64,000 nt of DNA from Vicinamibacterales bacterium (GTDB lineage: Bacteria > Acidobacteriota > Vicinamibacteria > Vicinamibacterales > UBA8438), in contig CBDAUL010000007.1 of the NCBI GenBank assembly GCA_965200475.1, positions 242,516 through 306,515 on the forward strand, read 5' to 3'. The first letter of the stretch is position 1. Each line of letters starts with the position of its first letter. Below, in pieces: positions 45,663 through 53,803 of this stretch. The notes under the pieces were generated by a model. That model saw only the letters and a list, made by a program, of their open reading frames with translations, did no database searches and was not told the DNA's origin. The position numbers and the translations under genes were made by a program.

Positions 45663-46376
45663 CTACACGAAGGTGCGCCCGGTCCACTTGACCTCTCCGA
45701 TCATCGGTGCGTCGGGCGGCCAGGGCCGGGTGGGCCAGATCTGCTTGTCGGGGTTGTCGCTGACGAGCTGCCAGGCGCCGGAGAGGTCCTTGCCGGCCCG
45801 CTTGACGATCAGGCCGTCGTCGGTCCGGACGACATAGATGCGGCCGGCGCGCCGCCGCTGGCGGGCAAGGTTGACGAGGATCGAGGCGCCGTCGGCGAGC
45901 GTGGGTTCCATCGACTCGCCCATGACCCGCAGGACGCGGCACTGGTGTGCGTCGAGGCGGTGTTCCCGGAGCCAGTCGCGCCGGAACTTGAGCCCTCCGA
46001 CGATGCGCTCGTCGTCGACGACGGCCCCGCCGCCGGCGGCGGGCGTGATCGGAGAGACGCCGATGAAGTCGCTGTCGTCGGCGATGCCGGCCTGCGCCTG
46101 CTGGTCTTCGAGGTCCCGGACGCGGGCGGCGGCGGCGGTGAGCTCGCGGGCGAGCTGGTGCGAGGGGGTCTCTTCGTCAGTGAGGCCGATCAGGTAGTCG
46201 ATCGAGACGCCGAGCGTCTGGGCGGCCAGCGAGAGCCTGGGATTGGTGAGGCCGCAGCGGCCCTGCTCGACCTGGGAGATCAGGTGCGAGGAGTTGCCGA
46301 GGCGGATTGCCAGCTGTCCCTGCGAGAGCCCCCTCTCGGTGCGGACCTTGCGGAGGCGCTTGGCGAGCATGGTCAT
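45663..46376 (-). CDS. CI/LexA-like repressor (XRE HTH + S24 peptidase)
   Basis: HTH LSQGQLAIRLGNSSHLISQVEQG, S24 catalytic Ser in GESMEPTL, and Lys in LIVKRAGKD. Confidence 0.9.
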   Translation of the reverse strand: MTMLAKRLRKVRTERGLSQGQLAIRLGNSSHLISQVEQGRCGLTNPRLSLAAQTLGVSIDYLIGLTDEETPSHQLARELTAAAARVRDLEDQQAQAGIADDSDFIGVSPITPAAGGGAVVDDERIVGGLKFRRDWLREHRLDAHQCRVLRVMGESMEPTLADGASILVNLARQRRRAGRIYVVRTDDGLIVKRAGKDLSGAWQLVSDNPDKQIWPTRPWPPDAPMIGEVKWTGRTFV

Positions 46377-46778
46377 GGGGGCATGATAGCAATAATTTAT
46401 CGCCTAGAGAAATACTGTCTGCGACGTCCTTGCGAGCGAGTTCGAGGCCGTTTCACCGGGCCGGAACGGCGTCGGCCACGCGCCGGCCGTGTGACGGGTT
46501 CTGACGTGTTCTGCTCGAAAACCGCCGGTGGTCACTGGTGTGGGGAGCTTCAGAGCCCGGCTGCAGGCGGGATCCAAGGGACTCGTCAGGAGGGCAGCCG
46601 TCCGCGGGGGGGCCGTCACCTTCCGCCCCGAGGGGCTGCGGTCCCGCGGAAGACGCGACCGTCGAGTCGCCGCGACTGCTGCCGTGGCCGCCCGGCGTCG
46701 CGGGCCGCGATCTTGGCGGGGAACGCGGCTGATTTTAGACTTGACGACGTATATACCCTACGCATAGCCTGCGAGGCG
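46377..46778. promoter_or_regulatory. divergent intergenic switch region between the CI-like and Cro/Xis-like genes
   Basis: A 400-bp gap between divergent regulators, with AT-richer patches at both ends (GATAGCAATAATTTATCGCCTAGAGAAATA next to cI; TTGACGACGTATATACCCTACGCATAG next to the rightward gene). Operators are not resolved. Confidence 0.4.
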
Positions 46779-47276
46779 ATGAGGTCGCCGGCGATGCGGG
46801 CAATCCGTGGCCGCCTGGCCGGGCTCGGCCTGACGCAATACGACCTCGCCGCGGCGCTCGGCATGGGGCAGAGCACGTTGAACGCCATCCTCAACGGACG
46901 CTACCCGGCCCCGGAACGGTTTGAGGCGCGGGCGACGGGGGCGCTCGACCGGCTCGAGCGCATCGAGCTGGCGGCGGCCGAGGCGCGCGCGAAGGCGGTC
47001 GAGGAGATGGGCGGCGCCGAGTGCAACGAGTCCGGCGACGAGCCCGTCGACGTGGAGGCGCTGCCGGAGGTGCTGTTCCTCGAGGACATGGCGGCGCTGC
47101 TGCGCTGCTCGCGGTCGACGCTGGAACGGCGAATGAAGGCGCGGACCTTCCCGCTGGCGCCCATCCACGGCGTCGACAAGCGCTTGCGCTGGAGCAAGGC
47201 GGCGGCGCTGCACTGGCTCGCCATGGGCGGCCCGAGCGGCGCGCCGGTCCGGCGGCGGAGGAGGCAAGCGTCATGA
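46779..47276 (+). CDS. double-HTH regulator: Cro/C1-type HTH plus AlpA/excisionase-type HTH
   Basis: LTQYDLAAALGMGQSTLNAILNG (N-terminal) and LFLEDMAALLRCSRSTLERRMKARTFP (C-terminal). The ATG is in frame within ORF 45945-47276. Confidence 0.65.
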   Translation: MRSPAMRAIRGRLAGLGLTQYDLAAALGMGQSTLNAILNGRYPAPERFEARATGALDRLERIELAAAEARAKAVEEMGGAECNESGDEPVDVEALPEVLFLEDMAALLRCSRSTLERRMKARTFPLAPIHGVDKRLRWSKAAALHWLAMGGPSGAPVRRRRRQAS

Positions 47277-47527
47277 GGGACGCGGCTGTCGGCCGACAGC
47301 GGGCGGGGCGGGCTCCGGCCATCGTGCGGCGCACGCCGAAGCGCGCCGACAAGGCGTGGCGGGAAGTGGTCGACCCGGGCACGGGCGGCGCGCTGTTCAT
47401 CTGCCCGGCGTGCTGGCCGGAGGCGGGAGCGTACTGGCGGTCGCGGCCGAACGCTGCGGTGCGGTCCTTCGGTACGCGGCCGGACTGGGCGCAGTGCGCC
47501 GTGTGCGATCCGGACCGGATGTGCTGA
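47273..47527 (+). CDS. small zinc-ribbon-like protein (hypothetical phage protein)
   Basis: ATGA overlap with the upstream gene. Cys pairs CPAC and CAVC. Confidence 0.45.
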   Translation: MRDAAVGRQRAGRAPAIVRRTPKRADKAWREVVDPGTGGALFICPACWPEAGAYWRSRPNAAVRSFGTRPDWAQCAVCDPDRMC

Positions 47528-47895
47528 CGGCGGCGCGAGCGCCGGACAACGGGTTTCAGGATGGCGCGAGGGAGCGGATGGGCCGGCGAGCGTCGAGGGT
47601 TGCCGCCGATCTGGCCGGCCGCGAAAGCCAGGTAGCGATGCCTGCGGACCGACTGCTGCACGCGCGGCTGGGCCACTCGGCGAGGGTGTCGAAGCTGTCG
47701 GACCTGGCGTTCCGGGTGTGGACGACCTACGTGCTGGCGGCGGACGACTTCGGGGTGATGCGGGCGGACGCCGTGGCGTTCCAGGCGGCGCACGACGCGC
47801 TACGTGAACGTCCGGGCGAGGAGGTCGCGACGAGCATCGAGCGGCTGGTCGAGGTGGGCCTGGTGGCGGCGTTCGAGCACCAGGGGGCACGTTAT

Positions 47896-49386
47896 CAGCC
47901 CGAGGTAGAAGTCGGTTCGCCGAGCCCTGCTGTTCAGGCCGCTTGGCGATGAGTAATTGAGCCGACGGGCGCCGGCGGTGTCCATTTGAGGCCCCAGGGA
48001 CGCGTCAGACGCCCCCAGTGGTCGATCAGGCGGTCGATCAGGCGGAAAATCGCCGAAAAAGCCCGCCCCTGCAGGCTCCGGGGCGTACCGATGCCGGTCT
48101 GGCGCCGCAGGAGCATCCCGATGTTGCAGGCAGCCGCCTGGATCAGCACCCGCTTGCGGACATTCTCGTGACCGCGCACAAACACCCGACGCATGCCCCC
48201 CGTCTCATACATGTGCGCGAAAGTACGCTCCACCATCTCGCCCCGGCAGCGTTGCAGGCGACGACCCCGCCGCCCGTGCACACGCCGCCGGTTCGCATAC
48301 AACGCCTGCTGCGCAGCACGCTTCGCCGGCGGCGTCTCTCCCGTCTTCTTGTCCTGCCAGACGCGCCGGCCGCGCTCGGGCTCCGATACGTAGCTCCGAA
48401 CCCCGACCTCGCCGAGAGCCACCAGCGTCTCGTCGCTGTGATACCCCTTGTCAGCGACCAGCTCTTCGACCCCTCGACCGTCCGGCTGCACCAACTCCAC
48501 CTGCTCGGCCGCCGCGGTCAGCGTCTCCGGCAGCGTGGCCGTATCGCCGTCCGATGCATCCTGCACCGTCACCGACACGATGGCCCCCGTCTCCATGTCG
48601 ACCCCGTGCTCGACCTTGTGAGCCAAGTGCGTCCGGCCGTCCTTCATCTTCGCGATCTTCGCGTCCGGGTCCTGCGGCGATTGCCAGTCCTTGTTCGACG
48701 TCTTCTTGTTCTTGCGAGACCGGTCGAACCGAGCCAGATCCGCCCGCGTCGGGGTCTCCACCCCAGACGCCTCCGCCAAGCGCCGAAGGAACGCTTCGTA
48801 GCTTTCTCCCGTGTCCCGCCGCTCGATGCTCCGCATCGCCGCGTTCGCTTCCAGCGTCGTCGCATCGACGCCCACCGTCTTCCCCTTGACCAGACCCGCC
48901 GCCGACAACTGCTCGAGAACCCACGTGAATACCGCCTCGTGCGTCTCGTCGTCGATCAGACGACGCGTCCGCGACAGCGTCGAGTGGTCCGGCGCCGCCT
49001 CGGTCACATCCAGGTCCAGGAACGACCGCAGGCTCAGAGAGTCGGCCACCCGCCACGCAATCCCACGCTCCGAAGACAGACCCTCGAAGTAGCCGATGAA
49101 CAGCATCCGGAAATACCGCCCAGGACGCAGGCTCGGCCGCCCCATCCGCGTCGCGTAGAACACCGCGCACAGCCCCTCGACGAACGCGTCGAACCCGGCC
49201 TCGTCCAGAACCCGGTTCAGACGCTCGAAGAACGGATGCCCCGCGTTCGTCGGCAAATCCGCCGTCGTCACCCACAGCGGCGCCCCTGGTCGCGCGGCCG
49301 GTTTCTTGCCCATCGCCATAGCTGTTCAGTCTACGGGCTCGATCGCGCCCAGGCCAGGCCCGTTCCCCGACTTTCACCACGGGCTG
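47896..49386 (-). mobile_element. IS5/IS1182-superfamily insertion sequence, copy 2 (1491 bp)
   Basis: Identical to 25489-26979 as far as can be compared. Flanks read cgTTAT|IS|ttTTATctg, suggesting a TAT/TTAT target duplication, though the junction is not clean. Confidence 0.9.
47934..49319 (-). CDS. DDE transposase (identical to 25527-26912)
   Basis: The 461-aa translation is identical to copy 1. Confidence 0.9.
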   Translation of the reverse strand: MAMGKKPAARPGAPLWVTTADLPTNAGHPFFERLNRVLDEAGFDAFVEGLCAVFYATRMGRPSLRPGRYFRMLFIGYFEGLSSERGIAWRVADSLSLRSFLDLDVTEAAPDHSTLSRTRRLIDDETHEAVFTWVLEQLSAAGLVKGKTVGVDATTLEANAAMRSIERRDTGESYEAFLRRLAEASGVETPTRADLARFDRSRKNKKTSNKDWQSPQDPDAKIAKMKDGRTHLAHKVEHGVDMETGAIVSVTVQDASDGDTATLPETLTAAAEQVELVQPDGRGVEELVADKGYHSDETLVALGEVGVRSYVSEPERGRRVWQDKKTGETPPAKRAAQQALYANRRRVHGRRGRRLQRCRGEMVERTFAHMYETGGMRRVFVRGHENVRKRVLIQAAACNIGMLLRRQTGIGTPRSLQGRAFSAIFRLIDRLIDHWGRLTRPWGLKWTPPAPVGSITHRQAA

Positions 49387-49533
49387 TTTTATCTGTACCA
49401 GTGGGACTGGCAGGACTTTCAGCGGGTGCGGTTCCCCGCCCGGACGCTGCATCCGCTCCCGGCGGCGGCCGAGGTGAGCGCGAGGACGCACCACCTGTGG
49501 TCGGTCCACCCCGGCGGCGCCCGGGTGCCGGCG

Positions 49534-49773
49534 CTTCCGCAGAACTTCGGCACTGCTTCGGCACCACTTCGGAAGTTGTTCAGAACAACTTCCGGAGAAC
49601 TTCCGCACAACTCCGGAAGCGCGTCGGCGGCGCTTCCGCGCGGCTCTGGCGACAGCGGTGCGCAAGCGCCCGAGGCCCGTGAAACGGGGCCGGATCCGCT
49701 TCCGGAGAACTTCCGAACAACTTCGGAAGTTGTTCGGCACAACTCCCGCACTACTTCCGCAGAACTTCCGTCT
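49534..49773 (+). repeat. iteron / inverted-repeat array (candidate replication origin) inside the replication gene
   Basis: About 12 copies of (A)ACTTCCG(G)/CTTCGGAAG in 240 bp, including the palindromes GGAAGTTGTTC-A-GAACAACTTCC and CCGAACAACTTC-G-GAAGTTGTTCGG. Confidence 0.55.
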
Positions 49774-49943
49774 CACGCACGCGCGTACGAAACGGCTAAC
49801 GGCTTATGGCTAAAGGGAGAGGGGGGTGCGGGGGGAGAGGGACCGCGGCGGCAGGCGAAGGCGTCGCTGCGGGGCCGCGCCGGCGTGGCGCGGTCGACGG
49901 AGTCGCGCGAGGCGTACGACGCCGGCATCAAGCGGGCGAGGCG

Positions 49944-50666
49944 ATGAGCGTGGGGTGCGGACGGTGCGCGGGGACGCCGGGCTGGGAGCCGGTGGAGGTC
50001 GACGGCGTGAGGCGTCTGCGGCGCTGCGGCTGCTGGACGGCGGCGCACGCCGCCCCGCCCTCGGTGCCGCACGAGTTCCGGGAGGCGCGGTGGTCGACGT
50101 GGCGGAAGACGGGGGACAACCGGCACGCGCTCGACGAGGCGCGGGCCTTCGCGCGGGCCGGCGACGGCGGGCGGGACCTGTTCCTGTGCGGGCCGGTGGG
50201 CACCGGCAAGACGCGGCTGGCCTGCACGGTGCTCAACGAGCTGTGGCGCTCGGGGGAGCGGTCGATGGCGTTCGAGCGCGTCCCGATGCTGCTCTATCGG
50301 CTCCAGCCTCGCGGTGCGGCGGCGGAGACGGCCGAGGAGTTCAACCGGCTGGTGGCGGTGAAGCTGCTGGTGCTGGACGACCTGGGGGCGGAGCGGGAGG
50401 CGGCGACGGACTACACGCGGCGGACGCTGCTGATGCTCTACGAGGCGCGGCACGACGCGGGGCGGCGGACGGTGTGGACGTCGAACAAGACGCCGAGCGG
50501 GGTGGGCGCGTTCATGGCGGACGACCGGCTGGCGAGCCGGATCGCGGGGCGCTGCCGGGTGGTCGGGCTGGAGGGGCGCGACTGGCGGCTGGCGGGCCGG
50601 GGCGCGCAGCGCGGGGCGGAGCCCGAGCCCGCCGGAGCGGGACGGGCCGTGGAGCGGACGAGATGA
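49944..50666 (+). CDS. DnaC/IstB-like helicase-loader ATPase
   Basis: Walker A LCGPVGTGKTRLA, Walker B LLVLDDLGAE, and an N-terminal Cys cluster CGRC..CGC. The ATG is residue 47 of ORF 49806-50666. Confidence 0.8.
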   Translation: MSVGCGRCAGTPGWEPVEVDGVRRLRRCGCWTAAHAAPPSVPHEFREARWSTWRKTGDNRHALDEARAFARAGDGGRDLFLCGPVGTGKTRLACTVLNELWRSGERSMAFERVPMLLYRLQPRGAAAETAEEFNRLVAVKLLVLDDLGAEREAATDYTRRTLLMLYEARHDAGRRTVWTSNKTPSGVGAFMADDRLASRIAGRCRVVGLEGRDWRLAGRGAQRGAEPEPAGAGRAVERTR

Positions 50667-50966
50667 CGGGGCTCACGTTGGCGAGGCCGCGGCGCGGGGA
50701 CGGTCGGCGCGGCTGGCAGCCGCGCCGTCTGGCGCGCGGCGGGCACGGCCACGTCACGACCGGCGGCGGGAGCGGCGGGCGTTCGAGGCGCAGGCGGTGG
50801 CGCTGCGCGATCCGGACGGGCGGCGGTTCGATGGGCAGGCGTTCGCGACGCGGCATGCCGTCGGCCTGCCGGAGCGGTGCGGATGGGTGAGGGGGCGGCA
50901 GGCCCGCGGCCCGCGGGGCGGGGAGTTGACGGTGGCCGCGGCGACGCGGGGCGAGCGGCTGCTGGG

Positions 50967-52136
50967 ATGTTCGGGATGGTCAGCGACGAGAGCTGCGTCA
51001 CGATCGGCGGCCGCGACTTCGAGGTCCATCCCGTCGCGGCCATGTTCCCCGAGTTCCCGCCGGAGGAGTACACGAATCTCCGCGATGACATCGAGGCGCA
51101 CGGCGTCCGGATTCCGGTGGTGGTGTGCGGCCGGTGGCTGGTGGACGGCCGCACGAGGCTCCGCGCGTGCCGCGATCTCGGCTTCGAGCCCCCCGTCGAG
51201 GAGCTCGACGACGGGACCGACGTCGTCGAGTGGATCGTGTCGGCGAACGTGCGGCGGCGGCATCTGTCCACGTCGCAGCGGGCGGTGCTCGCCGCGCAGT
51301 TGGCGGACGGGGAGGGGGTGACGCTCGACGATGCGGCGGCGTCGCTGAGCGTGAGCCGGATGTCGGTGGCGCGGGCCCGGGCCGCTCGGGAGATCGAGTC
51401 CGGCAAGGTGCAGGCCGCGCTCCGGGACGGCACCGTGTCGGTGGGGGACTCGTACAGGGTGAGGGGCGTCGATCCCATGCGGCTCGATGCCGCGGTGGAT
51501 GCGGTTCGCGGCGGAGAGGCCGGCTCGCTCGTCCAGGCCCTGGGCCGGGCGGATGAATCCTCGCAGCGGGCGGGGTCGTCGAGCGGCTCGGACGGCGGCG
51601 GGGCGGCGTCGCCGCTGGCCGGGGACTCGGGGGCGGGGCCGGCGTCGCCGCGCAGTTCCGGGGGCGGGGACGAGGCGGGACCGGCTCGTCAACCGGAAGG
51701 GACGGCACATCCCACGGTCGACTGGGAGCCGACCGACGAGCTTCGCGATCGGGCGTCGGCCGCGTGCGGCGGTGCGGTGCCGGTCGGCGGCCGTCGTCTC
51801 GGCCCGCCCGGGCGGTGGCGGGGGCACGTGCTCTGGTGTGCGCCCTCCGGGGAGGCGTCGGGCGTCCCGTTGGCGGCGGCGCTCGAGGGGCAGCAGCTCG
51901 AGAGCGCCATCGTCCTCACGCGCTGCATTCCGGACGAGGCGTGGGCGCAGCGGCTGCTGGGCTCCGGCCGGTTGTCGGTCGTCGCGTTCGGGGCCGGCGG
52001 TAATGGCGCCTGCCGCTGGCTGCGGGGGGATCCGGCGGTCGGCCCGGTGATGCTCTGGGGGTTCGGGGTCGACCGCTCGCTGTTCGCCCGGGCGTTCCGG
52101 GATTTCGGTGCCGTGGTCCTGGTGGACGGGCGCTAA
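50967..52136 (+). CDS. ParB-like nuclease domain protein with an extended C-terminal domain
   Basis: ParB/Srx block HPVAAMFPEFPPEEYTNLRDDIEAHGVRIPVVV..WLVDGRTRLRACRDLG and HTH-like LSVSRMSVARARA. The C-terminal 150 aa are of unclear family. The start was chosen at MFGMVSDES, where GC3 switches into this frame. Confidence 0.7.
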   Translation: MFGMVSDESCVTIGGRDFEVHPVAAMFPEFPPEEYTNLRDDIEAHGVRIPVVVCGRWLVDGRTRLRACRDLGFEPPVEELDDGTDVVEWIVSANVRRRHLSTSQRAVLAAQLADGEGVTLDDAAASLSVSRMSVARARAAREIESGKVQAALRDGTVSVGDSYRVRGVDPMRLDAAVDAVRGGEAGSLVQALGRADESSQRAGSSSGSDGGGAASPLAGDSGAGPASPRSSGGGDEAGPARQPEGTAHPTVDWEPTDELRDRASAACGGAVPVGGRRLGPPGRWRGHVLWCAPSGEASGVPLAAALEGQQLESAIVLTRCIPDEAWAQRLLGSGRLSVVAFGAGGNGACRWLRGDPAVGPVMLWGFGVDRSLFARAFRDFGAVVLVDGR

Positions 52137-52161
52137 TAGACTGCAATGCACCTGCGACATG

Positions 52162-52739
52162 CTACGGACGATTTCTGGCGCCCAGTCTCCACTTGGACCT
52201 CCGGCTCGCGTCCCGTCCGCGTCCTTGCCGGCGCGCTTGACGAGCAGGCCGTCGCAGGTGCGGACGACGTAGATGCCGCCCTCGCCCCGCCGCCGGGCGG
52301 CGTGGTTGACGAGGATCGAACAGCCGTCCACCAAGGTCGGCTCCATCGACTCGCCGAGCACCGGGATGATGCGGCGGTCGTTGGCCGCGAGGCCGTGGCT
52401 TGTGAGCCACGCGCGCCGGAACTTGATGCGGCCGATGACCCGCTCACGGTCGACCTCGGCGCCGCCGCCCGCGGCGGTGGCCACCTCCCGGACGCCGCCA
52501 AGGCGTGCTCGAACAGGATGCTCACGCTCGACGACCTTCTCAAGGACGCCGGCTGGAAACTCACGGACGGATCTTGACGCGGGAGAAGGCGCCGTCGTCG
52601 GTCTGCCCGCCCGGCGCCTGTCGATGCAGCGGCACGGCGGCGGGAGCCCGTCGGAGCGGGCGAACTGGCACGGCGGCGTCGAACGCCGGCGGCGACAGGT
52701 AGCCGAGGGGACCTGAGCTTCCTTGCGCGCCTCACACAT
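52162..52739 (-). pseudogene. truncated second CI/LexA-type S24 peptidase gene (no HTH, frameshifted tail)
   Basis: VATAAGGGAEVDRERVIGRIKFRRAWL..VLGESMEPTLVDGCSILVN..IYVVRTCDGLLVKRAGKD parallels 45663-46376. After KRAGKDADG the homologous W-x-L..N-x-P tail is in another frame and stops at 52162. Confidence 0.5.
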
Positions 52740-52920
52740 TCTGTGAGATAGTTTCCCGGTACATGAATGAACGTGCCCCGACCGGATCTGGAAACACGCC
52801 GGGCTGGCTCCCCAACGTACTGGCACGGGGCCGTGGGTCTGCAAGAGAGGCAGCGGCGGCCGATCCCGCTGTGCAAGGGAACCTTGAGACGATGGGTGAC
52901 ACCGTGTTAGGGATTTTCCC

Positions 52921-52976
52921 GAGCGCCGAGCGCCGAGCGCCGAGCGCCGAGCGCCGAGCGCCGTAAGCCGTAAGCC
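52921..52976. repeat. heptanucleotide microsatellite (GAGCGCC)6(GTAAGCC)2
   Basis: Read directly from the sequence. It is intergenic and followed by a pyrimidine-rich GTCCCT-containing stretch up to about 53060. Confidence 0.85.
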
Positions 52977-53096
52977 GGTACGGCTGGCCCGCCGGACCGT
53001 CCCTCCCGATTCCCCGTTCCTCCCGGTTCGTCCCTGCGTCCCGGTCCCTGTCACCGTTGCGCCTGACCGCGGCGCGTCACGGCACCTAGTGGGTCG

Positions 53097-53375
53097 ATGG
53101 TGCTGTTGAAGCAGACCGTCGCGATCGTTGCGGCACTGCTGCTGGTGCTCGCGTGGGTGGGCTGCACTCTCCAGGAGCCCGCCGCCGGCATGCAGTCGGC
53201 CGATCACGCCGACTGCGACGCCTGTCACTTCCGGCACCTCTCGGTAGTCGAGACCGAACGCACGCCCGCGCCGTCCGAGCTGGATCCCGTCGCCGACGCC
53301 GTCGCCTCCACCCACGCTCACGGCGAGCCGGGCATGGCGCTCGGCATCCACCCCACGCGCGGCCCGCCCGCGTAG
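53097..53375 (+). CDS. small exported Cys/His protein (hypothetical; same style as 41385-41771)
   Basis: Lipobox-like LVLAWVGC, the motif HADCDACHFRH, and a tail GIHPTRGPPA. Confidence 0.45.
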   Translation: MVLLKQTVAIVAALLLVLAWVGCTLQEPAAGMQSADHADCDACHFRHLSVVETERTPAPSELDPVADAVASTHAHGEPGMALGIHPTRGPPA

Positions 53376-53648
53376 CCGTCCTGTCGCACAGCGTCTCGTC
53401 GCCGCGTCGCGCGGCGACGACCGGGAACGCCGCGGCCCCGTCCGCCTCACGGACGCGTCCCGCAAGCCCCGTGACGGCGTCAACGCCGTTCACGGCGCAC
53501 CCGGTCCGCAAGGACCGATGGCTGCGGGCTGCTGGCAGACAGGGCGTGGCCGCGTTGAAACACGAATACGTGCAAGGGCGACGCGTCGGCCCGGGCGGGA
53601 CTCCCGCCGGCCCGCCGCGCCCCGACCGGCCGGATTCCATCGACTGAC

Positions 53649-53691
53649 TTGACAACGGAGCCCTCCGGAGCGTGCCACCGCTCCGGAGGGC
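53649..53691 (+). promoter_or_regulatory. TTGACA hexamer followed by a perfect 13-bp hairpin upstream of the adhesin gene
   Basis: TTGACA at 53649-53654. The hairpin GCCCTCCGGAGCG-tgccac-CGCTCCGGAGGGC spans 53660-53691. No convincing -10 element was found. Confidence 0.25.
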
Positions 53692-53803
53692 AATCGAACG
53701 AGCAGCGACCGTCGAGACGCTCAAGAGCCTGAACAGACGTGCGCCGTCCGACGGCGGGATTCTAGTCGAGACGGCGCACGCGTGCCTACGAAAGGACACG
53801 TCG

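Larger units (their letters stand above)
47578..49947 (+). pseudogene. phage replication-initiator-like gene split by IS copy 2
   Basis: The 5' half runs ..MPADRLLHARLGHSARVSKLSDLAFRVWTTYVLAADDFGVMR..VAAFEHQGARY up to 47895. The 3' half, from 49387, runs (F)YLYQWDWQDFQRVRFP.. through the iteron region to a stop at 49947 (ATGA overlap with the DnaC-like gene). The start is ambiguous (47578 or 47638). Confidence 0.55.

Noticed and set aside
50663-50890. An ATGA-coupled 75-codon ORF after the DnaC-like gene (MTGLTLARPRRGDGRRGWQ..).
   Set aside because: The translation is Arg/Gly-rich nonsense and GC3 favours a different frame over the same bases. It was left unannotated and is described under the ParB finding.
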